Shown here piece by piece: positions 1 through 13,050 of a stretch of 64,000 bases of DNA. Below the pieces are notes generated by a model. The model saw only the letters and a list, made by a program, of their open reading frames with translations. It had not been told where the DNA came from and searched no databases. The stretch's first letter is position 1; every line of letters begins with the position of its first letter. Source of the stretch: Haliotis rufescens. Taxonomy: Eukaryota. Position numbers and translations under genes: made by a program. The stretch spans positions 44,206,001 through 44,270,000 of the forward strand of contig NW_025964223.1 in the NCBI RefSeq assembly GCF_023055435.1, read 5' to 3'.

Positions 1-1094
1 GTTGTTTGCGACTGTTCTATCAAATGCAGTGAATACTCATGACGGGATCGTGGACACGTAAAAAGATGGGAATTGTGTTGCCCTAAAATAAACCTAGAAG
101 TCTTACCATAAAGTTGGTTAATGTGAATCATGATCATGAAATTCACTGCGAATTCGCAGATTACAAAATAGTTAGATTTGTGTAAGGGCGACGTGATAAC
201 CTTCAACTGTAGTGTCAAAATCAAGTTGACCCCCTACTAGTGCACGGATGAACTGCTTGGTCTAATTGCAATGTCTCTGCTGTACACGATTGTGTTGGTT
301 TTGGTTTTGGCAGTCCCTTTTTAAAGCTGAGCTTTCTTTGAGACCGACTATACCATTTATATTTCATGATCGCATAGTTTTGTGGTAGTGTTTATTTCCT
401 GACACGTCTACGGCAAATAGAAAGAGGAAAGACGCTACCAGGTTTTGTGTTCTTTCTTGGTTTAAACATACCATCACAGAGTAGCCTGATTCTATTCCTA
501 ACACGCTAAATTACACATTTGAATATTGTGGTAAGGGCATTTTGTGGCCCATCATTGTTTACATATTATCATTTAAATATGTCTACCGACAATGACAAGA
601 AGTACTTTTCTGAAAACATTAGCTTCCGCGGTGTTCTTGCTATTTCTATAAGAGGGGATTTATTGTGATTTAATACATCTGATTGACCAATCAAACTCGA
701 TTATTTTCCCAATACTTGGAAGAATTTTGTTTTAACAACATAAAACTAGAGGAACAAATGTTTAAATAAGAGGAATGTCAAGCAAAGAAATCCTACCGTA
801 AAGTTGGTTAAAGTGAATCATGATCATGAAATTCACTGTGAATTTCGAGATTACAAATAGTTAGAAATGTGTAAGACGAGATAAATTCCATTCCAGACAG
901 AGGTATACTGTGTAATAACTGATAATAATAAATATATAATTAATATAATACTTGGTTTTAAGTGCTATAAATCACATTGCACCCTTTATATCTTAAACTG
1001 GTTTCGGTACCACTTCTTAATTATATTTTTTATAGTAAAATAAAGACGTTGTTCTCCACAAATTCTGTCTACTTTGTCATCCGTCAACTTCTAA

Positions 1095-1975
1095 GAAATG
1101 CCTATCAAACAATTCATTCGTTTATACGGCGTAGTATGGGCCGAATTAATCTCACATTGACAATTTCGGGGTGTCTTGCCTACTCGAAGCGCCTGACCTA
1201 ATTCGGCTAACGTGGCGATAGACCTTTAACGTGGGCGTACTCGTCTCCAGATCATGTCCAAGATGTGTTCTGTATGGGGGAAAGGTCATGTCTCATGGCT
1301 GGTCATTGCATGGTGATGTTTTGCGGCTGGAGGTAGCCAGTTACGATACGTGCCCGTTGGGCAAGAGCGTTATCGTCTTGTAAGACAAAATGTGGACCAG
1401 TATAGAGGGCAAACGGCACAACTTTTGGTGCACGTATGTTGTCTCGGTTGTACTGTCCAGGGACCCGTCCTGGGACAATATGTAATGGCGTCCTGACATA
1501 TCATGGAAGACAAAGAAACAAAAAAACAAATCTTTTACGTTCGCATGATGTTCGTTCGTCCACGTCTATCCTGAAGGTCCGGAGTGAATCTGGACTTATC
1601 TGAAAGCATTACACGAGACATTACATTGATTGAACTCTAAATTCATTGGCGTATGGTTGGACTGTGTCGATTTGTTAATGCAGGTACAAGCGGTCGCGGA
1701 ATAAGCAATTAAGCAGACGATTTCTAACTCTTGTGGTCTGGTGCAAGTAAATTTGATTGAGTGTTTCGGGTCAATTGTTTAACGATCATGGACTTGTGTT
1801 GTTGACCAAGGGCCCATGTGCAGGGCCGAGCATTGACATTTTGTCTGCCAAAACCTGTTCCAAAGTCATCAAATCACAGACTAAGACACATTGAAAACAT
1901 GTGGCTTCCTCTCGCTGAGTTCTACCAGTTTCAGTAGCACCCAGGCGTCCATCACGTTGTAGACGACGCATGTGC
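1095..1975 (-). pseudogene. Decayed Tc1/mariner transposase (unit 1 copy)
   Basis: Minus-strand remnants with stops and frameshifts: N-terminal HTH-like MRRLQRDGRLGA..TGRTQRE, an 'MLSD..RF' motif (cf. Tc1 VLFSDESRF), a degenerate WPAxSPDL..EH..D motif, and C-terminal 'RLIRPI.RR'. Confidence 0.75.
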
Positions 1976-3705
1976 ATTCCCAATCTGATCACAAATACTG
2001 CACTACTATAACAGTATATGGCTAACATTTTACTACAGATTTAACAAATTGAATAATGCTGATTGTTTAGGGCGACGTGATAACCTTCAACTGTAGTGTA
2101 AAAATCAAGTTGACCCGCTACTAGTGCACGGATGAATTGCTTGGTCTAATTGCAATGTCTCTGCTGTACACGATTGTGTTGGGGCATTAAGTTTTGGTTT
2201 TGGCAGTCCCTTTTTAAAGCTGAGCTTTCTTTGAGACCGACTATACCATTTATATTTCATGATCGCATAGTTTTGTGGTAGTGTATATTTCCTGACACGT
2301 CTGCGGCAAATAGATAGAGGAAGGACGCTAACAGGTTTTGTGTTCTTTCTTGGTTTAAACATAACATCACAGTGTAGCCTGATTCTATTCCTTATGGACC
2401 TAACACGCTAAATTACACATTTGAATATTGTGGTAAGGGCATTTTGTGGCTTATCATTGTACATATTATCATTTAAATATGTCTACCGACAATGACAAGA
2501 AGTACTTTTCTGAGACATTAGCTTCCGCGGTGTTCCTGCTGTTTCTATAAGAGGGGATTTATGGTGATTTTATACATCTGACTGACAAATCAAACTCCAG
2601 TATTTTCCAAATTCTTGGTAGAATTTTGTTTTAACAAAATAAAACTAGAGGATCAAATGTTTATAAATGGAAGAATGTCAAATAATCCAAAGTTCTGAAC
2701 ACAAGACAATGTTAAAAATTTATAAAACCCTCTTTCAAGAATAAAATAAAGAAACTCAGCACTTTTTAATAACCTTGACTCTCTTGAACGCAGACTTATT
2801 GCGGGCTATAACATGTAAATGTAGTTGAATTGCGAATAGTGTTATCGTGTATAATACAATGACCAATCGGCTAAGTCTATGTAATGATGGTTTTACCAAT
2901 GAGTTTAAAACGTTCATATTAATAAACGGGACTGGTAGAGGTTAATATAAATTGAAGGGGGTGAACATTGTTTTGCCGGCACCAACACATTATTAATTAC
3001 TCCGTCGTATTTATATATATCAGCAGCAGCTAGACCTTTGAATATATGCATATCAAATTAGAAATACGAATTAGAAATTTCACAATATACAACCCAAGCT
3101 TCGCTATCGAATTGGTCATGTGACAGACAATCTGAGGTGATAGATCAGTGAACAGATACCTTATATCCTGGTGGACGTATGAAATGTGTGACTCGGAGTG
3201 AATCATAAAGTCCCCTGTCGACACCTAACACACCTCTTACAGGATGTAGTAGGACGTGATTGATGTGCTGACGACAAAACGTGGCTATGTCTGAAGTTGT
3301 CACTGGTTAGTGTGACTGTTGCCATTATTACTTGTCATATATGTGTTTCAAGTAATTGGATAATTGATTCCCTAAAATTCATCTAGATATTTCATGGTTG
3401 ATATTTGAGCCTTGACAGATTAGGCATTTCACACAAATTTTGTTTAATAATGTATTTGTTGTCTACAGATAATGTGTTATTTATGGAAAGTAAACATGAA
3501 AATGATAAATACTCGAGTACATGTAATAAAGAGTATGTCATAAATACATGACCATAAATAACTTATCCTAATTGATAGTTCTATAATTGTATCAATTATA
3601 CAGTGTTGATTAATCACATATTGGGGTGTCTGATGTGGAGGTGAATATATTATTCATCGTTTATCACATCAAACACCTCAGCTGTGATAGTGATCATCTA
3701 CCTTC

Positions 3706-3761
3706 TATATAACCCAGTCAGTAATAAGTCTGTGGCATCCGAATTCGAGATTCGTCTGAAG
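3706..3761 (+). promoter_or_regulatory. TATA box (3706-3712) and short non-coding exon 1 (~3737-3761) of peptide gene copy 1
   Basis: TATATAA followed ~50 nt later by a consensus donor AAG|GTAAGT (3762). The next acceptor sits immediately before the ATG at 4314. Conserved in all three units. Confidence 0.7.
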
Positions 3762-4313
3762 GTAAGTGAATCTGTAGATTCTATTCAAGCTCAAACAGTG
3801 TTTTGAACGATTCGTCAAAGATTCTGATGAGTAAATATTCTTTCATGAAATTTTTAATTTTGTATCTATCAATGACCTTAGGGTTAACAGTCTCTGATGC
3901 ATGCAGACCTACAGTAATTGACGTTTACAAATCCCCAGTTTTCAAACGGAATGTCTATATGCTTATTTGTTTTTCTCATCTTTCTCAGCTTCTAAATTAC
4001 CGTGTCTAGCAAAAGTAACTGAAAGGTATTTTATGTAAACCAACTGCCTTGCCTACAGTTTAATAAATGAACGAATGATTGGTTACATAAAACAACATTC
4101 GCGCTGATATTTATGTTTTGGATTCATAACCAGCTCAACAATGAAAAAAGGCTATTTCTCTGTCCATCCTTTCGCCAGCCCAAAGAAAGTACTGTCATAG
4201 TTTTCACAGCACTGTGATTAGGTCCACAGGTTTTCGTGCAATTTGTCTAGGGACTCCCATGTTATTAAATAGTGAATGCTATACATCACCAGATGTTTAC
4301 TTCATTTGACCAG

Positions 4314-7300
4314 ATGAGGCTGCTCGTGGTGTTCCTCCTGATGGCTTTGATTGTTCTCCCAACGGAAGGATTATTCCGTCGTCGTCGCCGCCGCAGATGG
4401 CTTCGTATCAGAGGCGGAAAGGTTCTCACTGGAGTTGGCATTGCTGCCAGACTGGGACTGATAGGAAAAAGAGGTAAGACGACGATTATGTGACGTGCAT
4501 TTGAACAGTGTTTCCTTGAAATGTATGTGGACTCGCATTCTATGAAATTCCTATTGCTATATCAACATACATATTGACAATAGTAGTACATCCTGACTTG
4601 ATAGTATAATTGCAACTTCATTTATTGTTATGAACTACTATTATGAACTACAACTGTATTTGAAAAGAAAATAGGTCGCAATCTACCAACCTGAATTCTC
4701 CCATGGCACTGAAGAATGCTTGATTCTGATTGGACAAAATCAGGTATCTAAATGTATTCGATACCACAGAATTGTCTTGCCTTTTCTCACAGAAACCTTG
4801 CATATGACAACATCGATCTATCGATTGCCTACACATTGATGCACATAACAATGGCTGCCGATAAACAGTTATCGAACTTGTATACGTTCGATATCAGAAG
4901 AACAGCTTACAAGGATATTGAAATAAATTTCAGAACACACACATGTTAAGCAAAACACACCTATAACTATATATATGGATACAGATTCGAAGATAACAGT
5001 GAGCCGTGTCTCCGACTGTCTCGTGTCGTACAATGCTGGCTCGTCTTCAGCTTAAAACGGCGGTAATCAGCCTTATTTCAGGGTGGTTCCATTGGCAATG
5101 AGGATTCGGCCATGTCCATCATTAAAGCATCACGTTATTTGTGAACATTATTACAGATCGAGGTTATCCTCTGGGTACATTTAATTAGTAAATAGCACTG
5201 TCACCAACTTTTGTTGAAGTCATGAACAGCAAAGAGTAAAGGGACATGTAGAAGGTCAATTCAGCCATGTCGAAGTTTGGGGTGAAGAGCTGGTCATTCT
5301 GTTCTGAATATGTATTATTGTTTCTGGCTAGGTATTTCAGCAAACTGGTACATACATACACCTTCAAAATAACTAAGTAGCAGTGTACATAATAACGTAT
5401 TTGAGAAACAGGTCAGCCGGATGGAAGATGTCCTTTTGATTTCCAAAAAAAACCGATTTGGTAGAGTTCAAACAATGCAAAAATGCAACAGGTGAGGTGA
5501 GGTGAATTGGGATTTAACGTCGCGTCCAAGATTATTGCACTTATATAGCGACGTGCATGTACGTGTTTGTGTGTTTGTGTTGCTGCTTGTACTAGTCCGG
5601 ACTGATGCCGATGTATAGTGCTAGCTCACTTAGATACCATGCCGCAGTTTAACATAATTCCCGAGCCGACCAGTCCTTGCTTTAGCCCCTTAATGCCGAG
5701 GACCAGACAGAGTAACAACAGGTACCATCTTTTAACATCTTTTGGTATAACGCTGCCGGGGATCGAACCCCGAACCTTCCGCTCTCCGGGCGGACGCTCT
5801 ACCTCTTGACCACGGACGCGGTGCATATATGCAACAGGTTGCGGCGAAGTTAAATATAAATCTATTGAGGTCTTTTTATCAATTCGTGTGGAATTTTTGT
5901 TACTTTGTAACCATTATTTTGAACTAGTCAAGAATATATAACGCAATCTGTGACTCCTTTTCGGCACGTTCTAAGATAGCTGGCCTGTTGACCCATGACA
6001 CAAGTGCGCGTTCACAAAGAGCACCGTTTTGAAATTGCTCTTGTCGTCTTTGTAGATACAGATATATCTATTGTGTTTTGAAATTAAAATTAAAGGTTTC
6101 TAACTTACAGTTAAGCGACCTCAAATTTTAAAACACATTAGTTTTATCTCCTTACTGTATCTGCATATTTAGTGGTAAGGGTAACTATTCTGCATTTGGA
6201 AAAAGAAATTATAGAATTCACTCTACCAGCATTTATCTCCATTTAATTAATCTTAATCATTGTTTTGAGATTTCAACACAAATTGTACTGCAACAAATTC
6301 CATAAACGACATTCCTTCATACCATTCATACAATGAGGTTTTTTATGTAAACCTGACAACAGGAAAAACATGTTTTATTTATGTGTTTGATGAGACTGTT
6401 AAGGACTAAAAACACATTGATCTGTTAGCGAATGTTTTCATGGAAACTGTCACATATATTTCAGACATACAAAATGACCTTGCCTCTGCTGATCTGAATG
6501 AGGATGGGAACATTGACCAATCAGAAGTGGAGAATCTGTTCGACAAACGCGATGCGGAACAGATCCTGCAAATGGTTGACATGGACGGTAAGAAAAAGAC
6601 AGCAGAAGTATAGTTTTATACATGCCATGTGTGTGATTTCCAATTGTGATTGACGTTAAGAGAAATAAGGACGATTCCTGTTATTCATGACATGACCAGT
6701 ATGTTTCCAGATCACATAGTCGCTATGATAATTGGAATTATTTAAGCATTTGGTAATTCTAATGCTGCCAAGTTATGAGTTGGATTATAATGCTGTCTCT
6801 TTCATTTATTATAATAATAAGGGGGCACGGGTGGCCCAGTCGTCTAAGACGCCGCGATCCTCTGTGCGTCCCTTGGGCACGCCAGAAACCTATGATTGTG
6901 GGTTCGAATCCCGTTTCGCCCCGATAATGTTTCTAGGTTTGTCAACACCATACCCGTGCTCGTGGTTTTCACCGAAGTGATAAACGTCTGAGACCTTCAT
7001 CACTTCAGGCTTTTCTCCCACATTAAGCTGACACGCGGCGATATAACTGGAAACCTATTAAAAGCGTCGTTAAACTAAACTCACTCACTCACTCACTATT
7101 ATAAAAATAATGCAATGTTTCGTCATGATGTGTTTCAGGTGATTCAGTCGTTAGTCACGACGAGTTCATCCGAGGAGTGGAAGACCTTTTCTCTCAGGGT
7201 GGGTGATCGATTATTGATCGTTAATCGAATTTTACTCACACTATTGAAAGTATCGATTTACCTCACTGAGATGAACACTACCGAGCTTACTGTCGCTTAT

Positions 7301-8016
7301 TTCCCGATGAACGTCAGTATGTCGTGTGAATATGAGAGAAACAGAAATAGGGTAATTGGGGAAGGTATCATCACACGGCAATTTCTTTTAGACAGATTGT
7401 GCATGTATGGCGCATCATGATCCGATCACCGAAATGAAACGTCAATTCAAAGTTACAACAGAGAATGCTTTACTTACTAAAAGAAATGACTAAGCTCCAC
7501 ACTGTTTTGTATTGCATCAGGAAATCCAACCGCGCCGCCTCAAGTGGTAATCCCCGTCATCTAGCCTTAGTATGACTCAAACACACACCCGAGGTTCAAC
7601 TTTCATATTGATCCATTTTCAGCATTAACCGGGTCTGGATTTCAATCTAATTCCAACTTTACCTCGTTAATATAGTTCGATTTAAAAAGATTAGTTTGGT
7701 GTTTAAATGTATTGCTTTGTAATGAGTTATGTATATCTAGATTTATGCTGTCTGTCAAAATATGGATCGAAGTTGTATTTGTTGACGTTCATGATCAGCT
7801 GATGAAGACAATGCCTCCATTAGAATATTTATCCTGAAGCCCTTCGCGCATCATGGAATTTGCTCACGTGAGGCACTGTCGTCATAACCTGATGACCGTC
7901 AATAAATACAACTTCAATTCTGAATTATGTGCCATATGTTATTCCGCCCATGATGATTAGTAAGACTTAGGCATCTCTTTATCACGTGTGCATTTTCTGT
8001 TTCAGATGCTGAGTAG
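4314..8016 (+). CDS. Secreted cationic (antimicrobial-like) peptide precursor with C-terminal EF-hand pair, copy 1; coding exons 4314-4473, 6465-6587, 7139-7198, 8006-8016 (117 aa)
   Basis: cag|ATG at 4314. All introns are GT-AG, phase 1, and join in frame: MRLLVVFLLMALIVLPTEG-LFRRRRRRRWLRIRGGKVLTGVGIAARLGLI-GKR-DIQNDLASADLNEDGNIDQSEVENLFDKRDAEQILQMVDMDGDSVVSHDEFIRGVEDLFSQDAE*. EF loops are DLNEDGNIDQSE and DMDGDSVVSHDE. AATAAA at 8076-8081. Confidence 0.88.
5491..5822 (-). mobile_element. tRNA-derived SINE family B (~340 bp, (CACCT)n tail; central region resembles the Meta/MESC-type domain)
   Basis: Reverse tRNA head (GGTAGAGCG...GGTTCGATCCC). Body ggcattaagggg..aaggactggtcggctcgg..gagctagcactata. 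Repeated across the window. Confidence 0.88.
6821..7096 (+). mobile_element. tRNA-derived SINE family A (~275 bp, (CACT)n tail) in intron 3 of peptide gene copy 1
   Basis: A-box TGGCCCAGTCG and B-box GGTTCGAATCC; (CACT)n tail; TSD-like tattataataataa on both sides. Orthologous copies at 15800-16075 and 24497-24763. Confidence 0.9.
7766..7918. mobile_element. ~150 bp imperfect-palindromic MITE-like element in intron 4 (also ~16746-16898 and ~25419-25573)
   Basis: gaagttgtatttgttgacgttcat...gacaatgcctc pairs with gaggcactgtc...atgaccgtcaataaatacaacttc. Confidence 0.6.
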
Positions 8017-9823
8017 ATACTTTCCAACCCAGCGCATTAAGATGATATGATAACGTTATCTTCTTAATGCTTGAAAATAAATAATTGCAGAAAAAAGTCG
8101 CTTTTATGTTTTGTATGTCGGTACATTTAAACTATATAATTATACGTTCCACTCCTATCTCTATGATTTTCCAAATCCAATATGTACTTTCAATTGTTTG
8201 TCGTGTTAGACCAGTACAGGACATGTTTTCAGGACTGCTGATCGACATTTCTCTCAAGAACACTGCTATTTAGAATAAAATAAACATCAATAAAACATTG
8301 ACATATTAACTAGTTGCATGAGTGAGGAAGTGAATTGGTTGATTCCGGAGTCCTATTATGTAAGCCTATGAACAACAGAGTGCAAATTGTAATTCAGGCA
8401 TAAAAGGAAAATCAACTTGCCGATGAGAACTTTATGAGCTTGGTCACGACAAATAAATGTCAGAGGCATGCATTTACCAACAAGCAATGATACTTCACGG
8501 GTTTGTTTCATTGTGTTGCTTAATCGCCCGTGAATACATGTACATTTGGCAGCAATTTTGGTGTGATCTCTATTTTTAACTAACGGTTAGGGAGATGCCA
8601 GGCTCCGGCGAGAGGGAAACATTTCCTGGTGAGGGACATAATCGCCATGTTTCTCGTTTGACGGCGTATGCAACATATTTCATAGCTTCATGGATGTCTG
8701 CTCTACATAGTATCAAGCAATGATAGCAATCGCACAAAATACACCCACGGAGTACGGCTCATCGGACTTTCATGAGTCATAAACGGACTCATCCCAATAC
8801 TTGCAGCTTGCTACTAGTGCGTCGCTACTACATGACATAGAGACCGTACGTTGTCACAGGTGATTGATGATCGTAGTGTCCTTTTCAATACATTTGTTCA
8901 TTTATGGAAATTTAATACATTTAAAGTAGTTGCTATAAATGTGTTTGCAAATCCGAAAAACAATAATAGCAAATTATCGTCTGGAAAGATCTCATGGTTT
9001 CATGTAAATTTTAGTCTGGACACATTTCATGGTTTTATGCAGAATATTCATTAGCTGTGGAGCTTTGGTGGGTAACAAACGCTACATGTTTGAAAATTAT
9101 TCGAGATTGTTTCTATGGGAACACAAGAAATTAAAAAAATGACGTTGCGTTCCAGATAATTGCACGTATATATCGACGCGCATGCACGTGTGTGTGTGGC
9201 TGCTTTTCCTAGTCTGGACAAATGCCGATTTTATATTGCTTGTTTTAAGCCCTTTAATGCCGAGCGCCAGACAGGATAACAACAAGTACCATATTTTAAC
9301 GTATTTTGGCATGACACATGACAATGAAGTTATTGCTCGGAAAATGATGTGCACTTCGACGCCAACGCCAACGCCAACGCCACCCGAGCCAACCCCTTTG
9401 TGGGGTTACACAATTCTGAACGCTCAACATCTTTCTGTACTATCAAATGCAGTGAATACTCATGTCGAGGTCGTGGACACGTAAAAAGATGGGAATTGTG
9501 TTGTCCTAAAATAAAGAATTCCTACCGTAAAGTTGGTAAATGTGAATCATGAACATGAAATTCACTGCGAATTTCGAGATTACAAATAGTTAGAAATGTG
9601 TAAGACGAGATAAATTCCTTTCCATACAGAGGTATACTGTGTAATATCTGATAATAATAAATATATAATTAATATAATACTTGGTTTTAAGTGCTATAAA
9701 TCACATTGCACCCTCTATATCTTAAACTGTTTTCGGTACCAATTCTTAATTATATATTTTACAGTAAAATAAAGACGTTGTTCTCCACAAATTCTGTCTA
9801 CTTTGTCATCCGTCAACTTCTAA

Positions 9824-10700
9824 GAAATGCCTATCAAACAATTCATTCGTTTATACGGCGTGGTATGGGCCGAATTAATCTCACAATGACAATTTCGGGG
9901 TGTCTTGCCTACTCGAAGCGCCTGACCTAATTCGGCTAACGTAGCGATAGACCTTTAACGTGGGCGTTCACGTCTCCAGATCATGTCCAAGACGTGTTCT
10001 GTAGGGGGAAAAGGTCAGGACTCATGGCTGGCCATTGCATGGTGATGTTTTGCGGCTGGAGGAAGCCAGTTACGATACGTGCCCGTTTGGGCAAGAGCGT
10101 TATCGTCTTGTAAAACAAAATGTGGACCAGTATAGAGGGCAAACGGCACAACTATTGGTGCACGTATGTTGTCTCGGTTGTTCTGTCCAGGGACCCGTCC
10201 TGGGACAATATGTAATGGCGTCCTGACATATCATGAAAGACAAAAAAACCCAACCTTTTGCGTTCGCGTGATTTCGTTAGTCCACGTCTATCCTGAAGGT
10301 CCGGAGTGAATCTGGACTGATCTGAAAGCATGACAAGAGACATTACATTAATTGAACTCTAAGATCATTGGCGTATGGTTGGACTGTGTCTATTTGTTAA
10401 TGCAGGTACAGGCGGTCGCGGAATAAGCAATTAATATAAGTAGACGATTTCTAACTCTTGTGGTCTGGCGCAAGTAAATTTGATTGGATGTTTCGGGTCA
10501 ATTTTTTAACGATCATGGACTTATGTTGTTGACCAAGGGCCCATGTGCAGGGCAGAGCATTGACATTTTGTCTGCAAAAACCTGTTCCAAAGTCATCAAA
10601 TCACAGACTAAGACCCATTGAACAATGTGGCTACCTCTCGCTGAGTTCTACCAGTTTCAGTAGCACCCAGGCGTCCATCACGTTGTAGACGACGCATGTG
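9824..10700 (-). pseudogene. Decayed Tc1/mariner transposase (unit 2 copy)
   Basis: Reverse strand reads MLSDQSRF (ORF 10152-10343) and MQWPAMSPDL...EHVLD (~9980-10040), hallmark Tc1 DDE motifs; frameshifted. Confidence 0.8.
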
Positions 10701-12432
10701 CATTCCCAATCTGATCAAAAATACTGCATTACAATAAGAGTATATGACTAACTTTTTACTGCCGATTTAACAAATCTAATAATGCTAATTGCTCAGGACG
10801 ACGTGATAACCTTCAACTGTAGTGTCAAAATCAAGTTGACCCCCTGCTAGTGCACGGATGAATTGCTTGGTCTAATTGCAATGTCTCTGCTGTACACGAT
10901 TGTGTTGGGGCATTAAGTTTTGGTTTTGGCAGTCCCTTTTTAAAGCTGAGCTTTCTTTGAGACCGACTATACCATTTATATTTCATGATCGCATAGTTTT
11001 GTGGTAGTGTATATTTCCTGACACGTCTGCGGCAAATAGATAGAGGAAGGACGCTACCAGGTTTTGTGTTCTTTCTTGGTTTAAACATCACATCACAGTG
11101 TAGCCTTGATTCTATTCCTTATGGACCTAACACGCTAAATTACACATTTGAATATTGTGGTAAGGGCATTTTGTGGCCTATCATTGTACATATTATCATT
11201 TAAATATGTCTACCGACAATGACAAGAAATACTTTTCTGAAAACATTAGCTTTCGCGGTGTTCCTGCTGTTTCTATAAGAGGGGATTTATGGTGATTTTA
11301 TACATCTGACTGACAAATCAAACTCGAGTATTTTCCGAATACTTGGAAGAATTTTGTTTTAACAACATAAAACTAGAGGAACAGATGTTTACAATGGAGG
11401 TATGTCAAATAATCCAAAGTTCTGAACACAAGACAATGTTAAAAATTTATAAAACCCTCTTTCAAGAATAAAATAAAGAAACTCAGCACTTTTTAATAAT
11501 CTTGACTCTCCTGAACGCAGACTGATTACGAGCTATAACATGTTAATGTAATTGCATTGCGAATAGTGTCATCGTGTATAATACTGTGACCAATCGGCTA
11601 AGTCTATGTAATGATGGTTTTACCAATGAGTTTTAAACGTTCATATTAATAAACGGGACTGGTAGAGGTAAATATAAATTGAAGGGAGAAAACATTGTTT
11701 TGCCGGCACAAACACATTACTCCGTCGTATTTATATATATATCAGCAGCAGCTAGACCTTTGAATATATGCATATCAAATTAGAAATACGAATTAGAAAT
11801 TCCACAATATACAACCCCAGCTTTGCTATTGAATTGGTCATGTGACAGACAATCTGAGGTGATAGATCAGTGAACAGATACCTTATATCCTGGTGGACGT
11901 ATGAAGGTGTGACTCGGAGTGAATCATAAAGTCCCCTGTCGACACCTAACACACCTCTGACAGGATGTAGTTGGACGTGATTTATTTGCTGACGACAAAA
12001 CGTGGCTATGTCTGAAGTTGTCACTGGTTAGTGTGACTGTTGCCATTATTACTTGTCATATACATGTATGTTTTTCAAGTAATTGGATAATTGATTCCCT
12101 AAAATACATCTGGATATTTCATGGTTGATATTTGAGCCTTGACAGATTAGGCATTTCACACAAATTTTGTTTAATAATGAATTTGTTGTCTACAGATAAT
12201 GAGTTATTTATGGAAAGGAAACATGAAAATGATAAATACTCGAGTACATGTAATGAAGAGTACATTATAAATACATGACCATAAATAACTTATCCTAATT
12301 GATAGTTCTATAATTGTATCAATTATACAGTGCTGATTAATCACATATTGGGGTGTCTGATGTGGAGGTGAATATATTATTCATCGTTTATCACATCAAA
12401 CACCTCAGCTGTGATCGTGATCTTCTACCTTC

Positions 12433-12488
12433 TATATAACCCAGTCAGTAATAAGTCTGTGGCATCCGAATTCGAGATTCGCCTGAAG
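12433..12488 (+). promoter_or_regulatory. TATA box and non-coding exon 1 of peptide gene copy 2
   Basis: TATATAA 12433-12439; AAG|GTAAGT donor at 12489. Confidence 0.7.
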
Positions 12489-13050
12489 GTAAGTGAATCT
12501 GTAGATTCTATTCAAGCTCAAACAGTGTTTTGAACGATTCGTCAAAGATTCTGATGAGTAAATATTCTTTAATGAAATGTTTAATTTTGTATCTATCAAT
12601 GGCCTTAGGGTTAACAGTGTCTGGTTCAGACCTACAGTAACTGACGTATACAAATCCCCAGTTTTCAAACGGAATGTCTATATGCTTATTTGTTTTTCTC
12701 ATCTTTCTCTGCTTCTAAATTACCGTGTCTAGCAAAAGTAACTGAAAGGAATTTCATTTAAACCAATTCGCTTGCCTACAGTTAAATAAATGAACGAATG
12801 ATTGGTTACATAAAACAACATTCGCGCTGATATTTATGTTTTGGATTCATAACCAGCTCAACAATGAAAAGAGGCTATTTCTCTGTCCATCCTTTCGCCA
12901 GCCCAAAGAAAGTACTGTCATAGTTTTCACAGCACTGTGATTAGTGTTCCAAATATAGATCCATAGGTTTTCGTGCAATTTGTCTAGGGACTCCCATGTT
13001 ATTAAATAGTGAATGCTATACATCACCAGATGTTTACTTCATTTGACCAG

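Noticed and set aside
977-2362. ORFs conserved in all three units (74 aa, 85 aa)
   Set aside because: Conservation is explained by the recent duplication. They overlap the antisense Tc1 relic or non-coding repeat, and several differences between copies change amino acids.
4272-4493. 73-aa single-exon ORF as the complete peptide gene (also 13009, 21989)
   Set aside because: It starts at GTG inside intron 1 and runs through the G|GTAAGA donor. The real coding exon is 4314-4473.
7115-7420. 101-aa ORF (also 16094-16399)
   Set aside because: It overlaps exon 4 in the wrong frame and is broken in unit 3. The EF-hand-completing frame is a different one.
9182-9484. ORF with signal-like start and PT repeats (also 18161-18469)
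   Set aside because: Composed of a SINE B fragment plus an (ACGCCA)n microsatellite; repeated only because of the segmental duplication.
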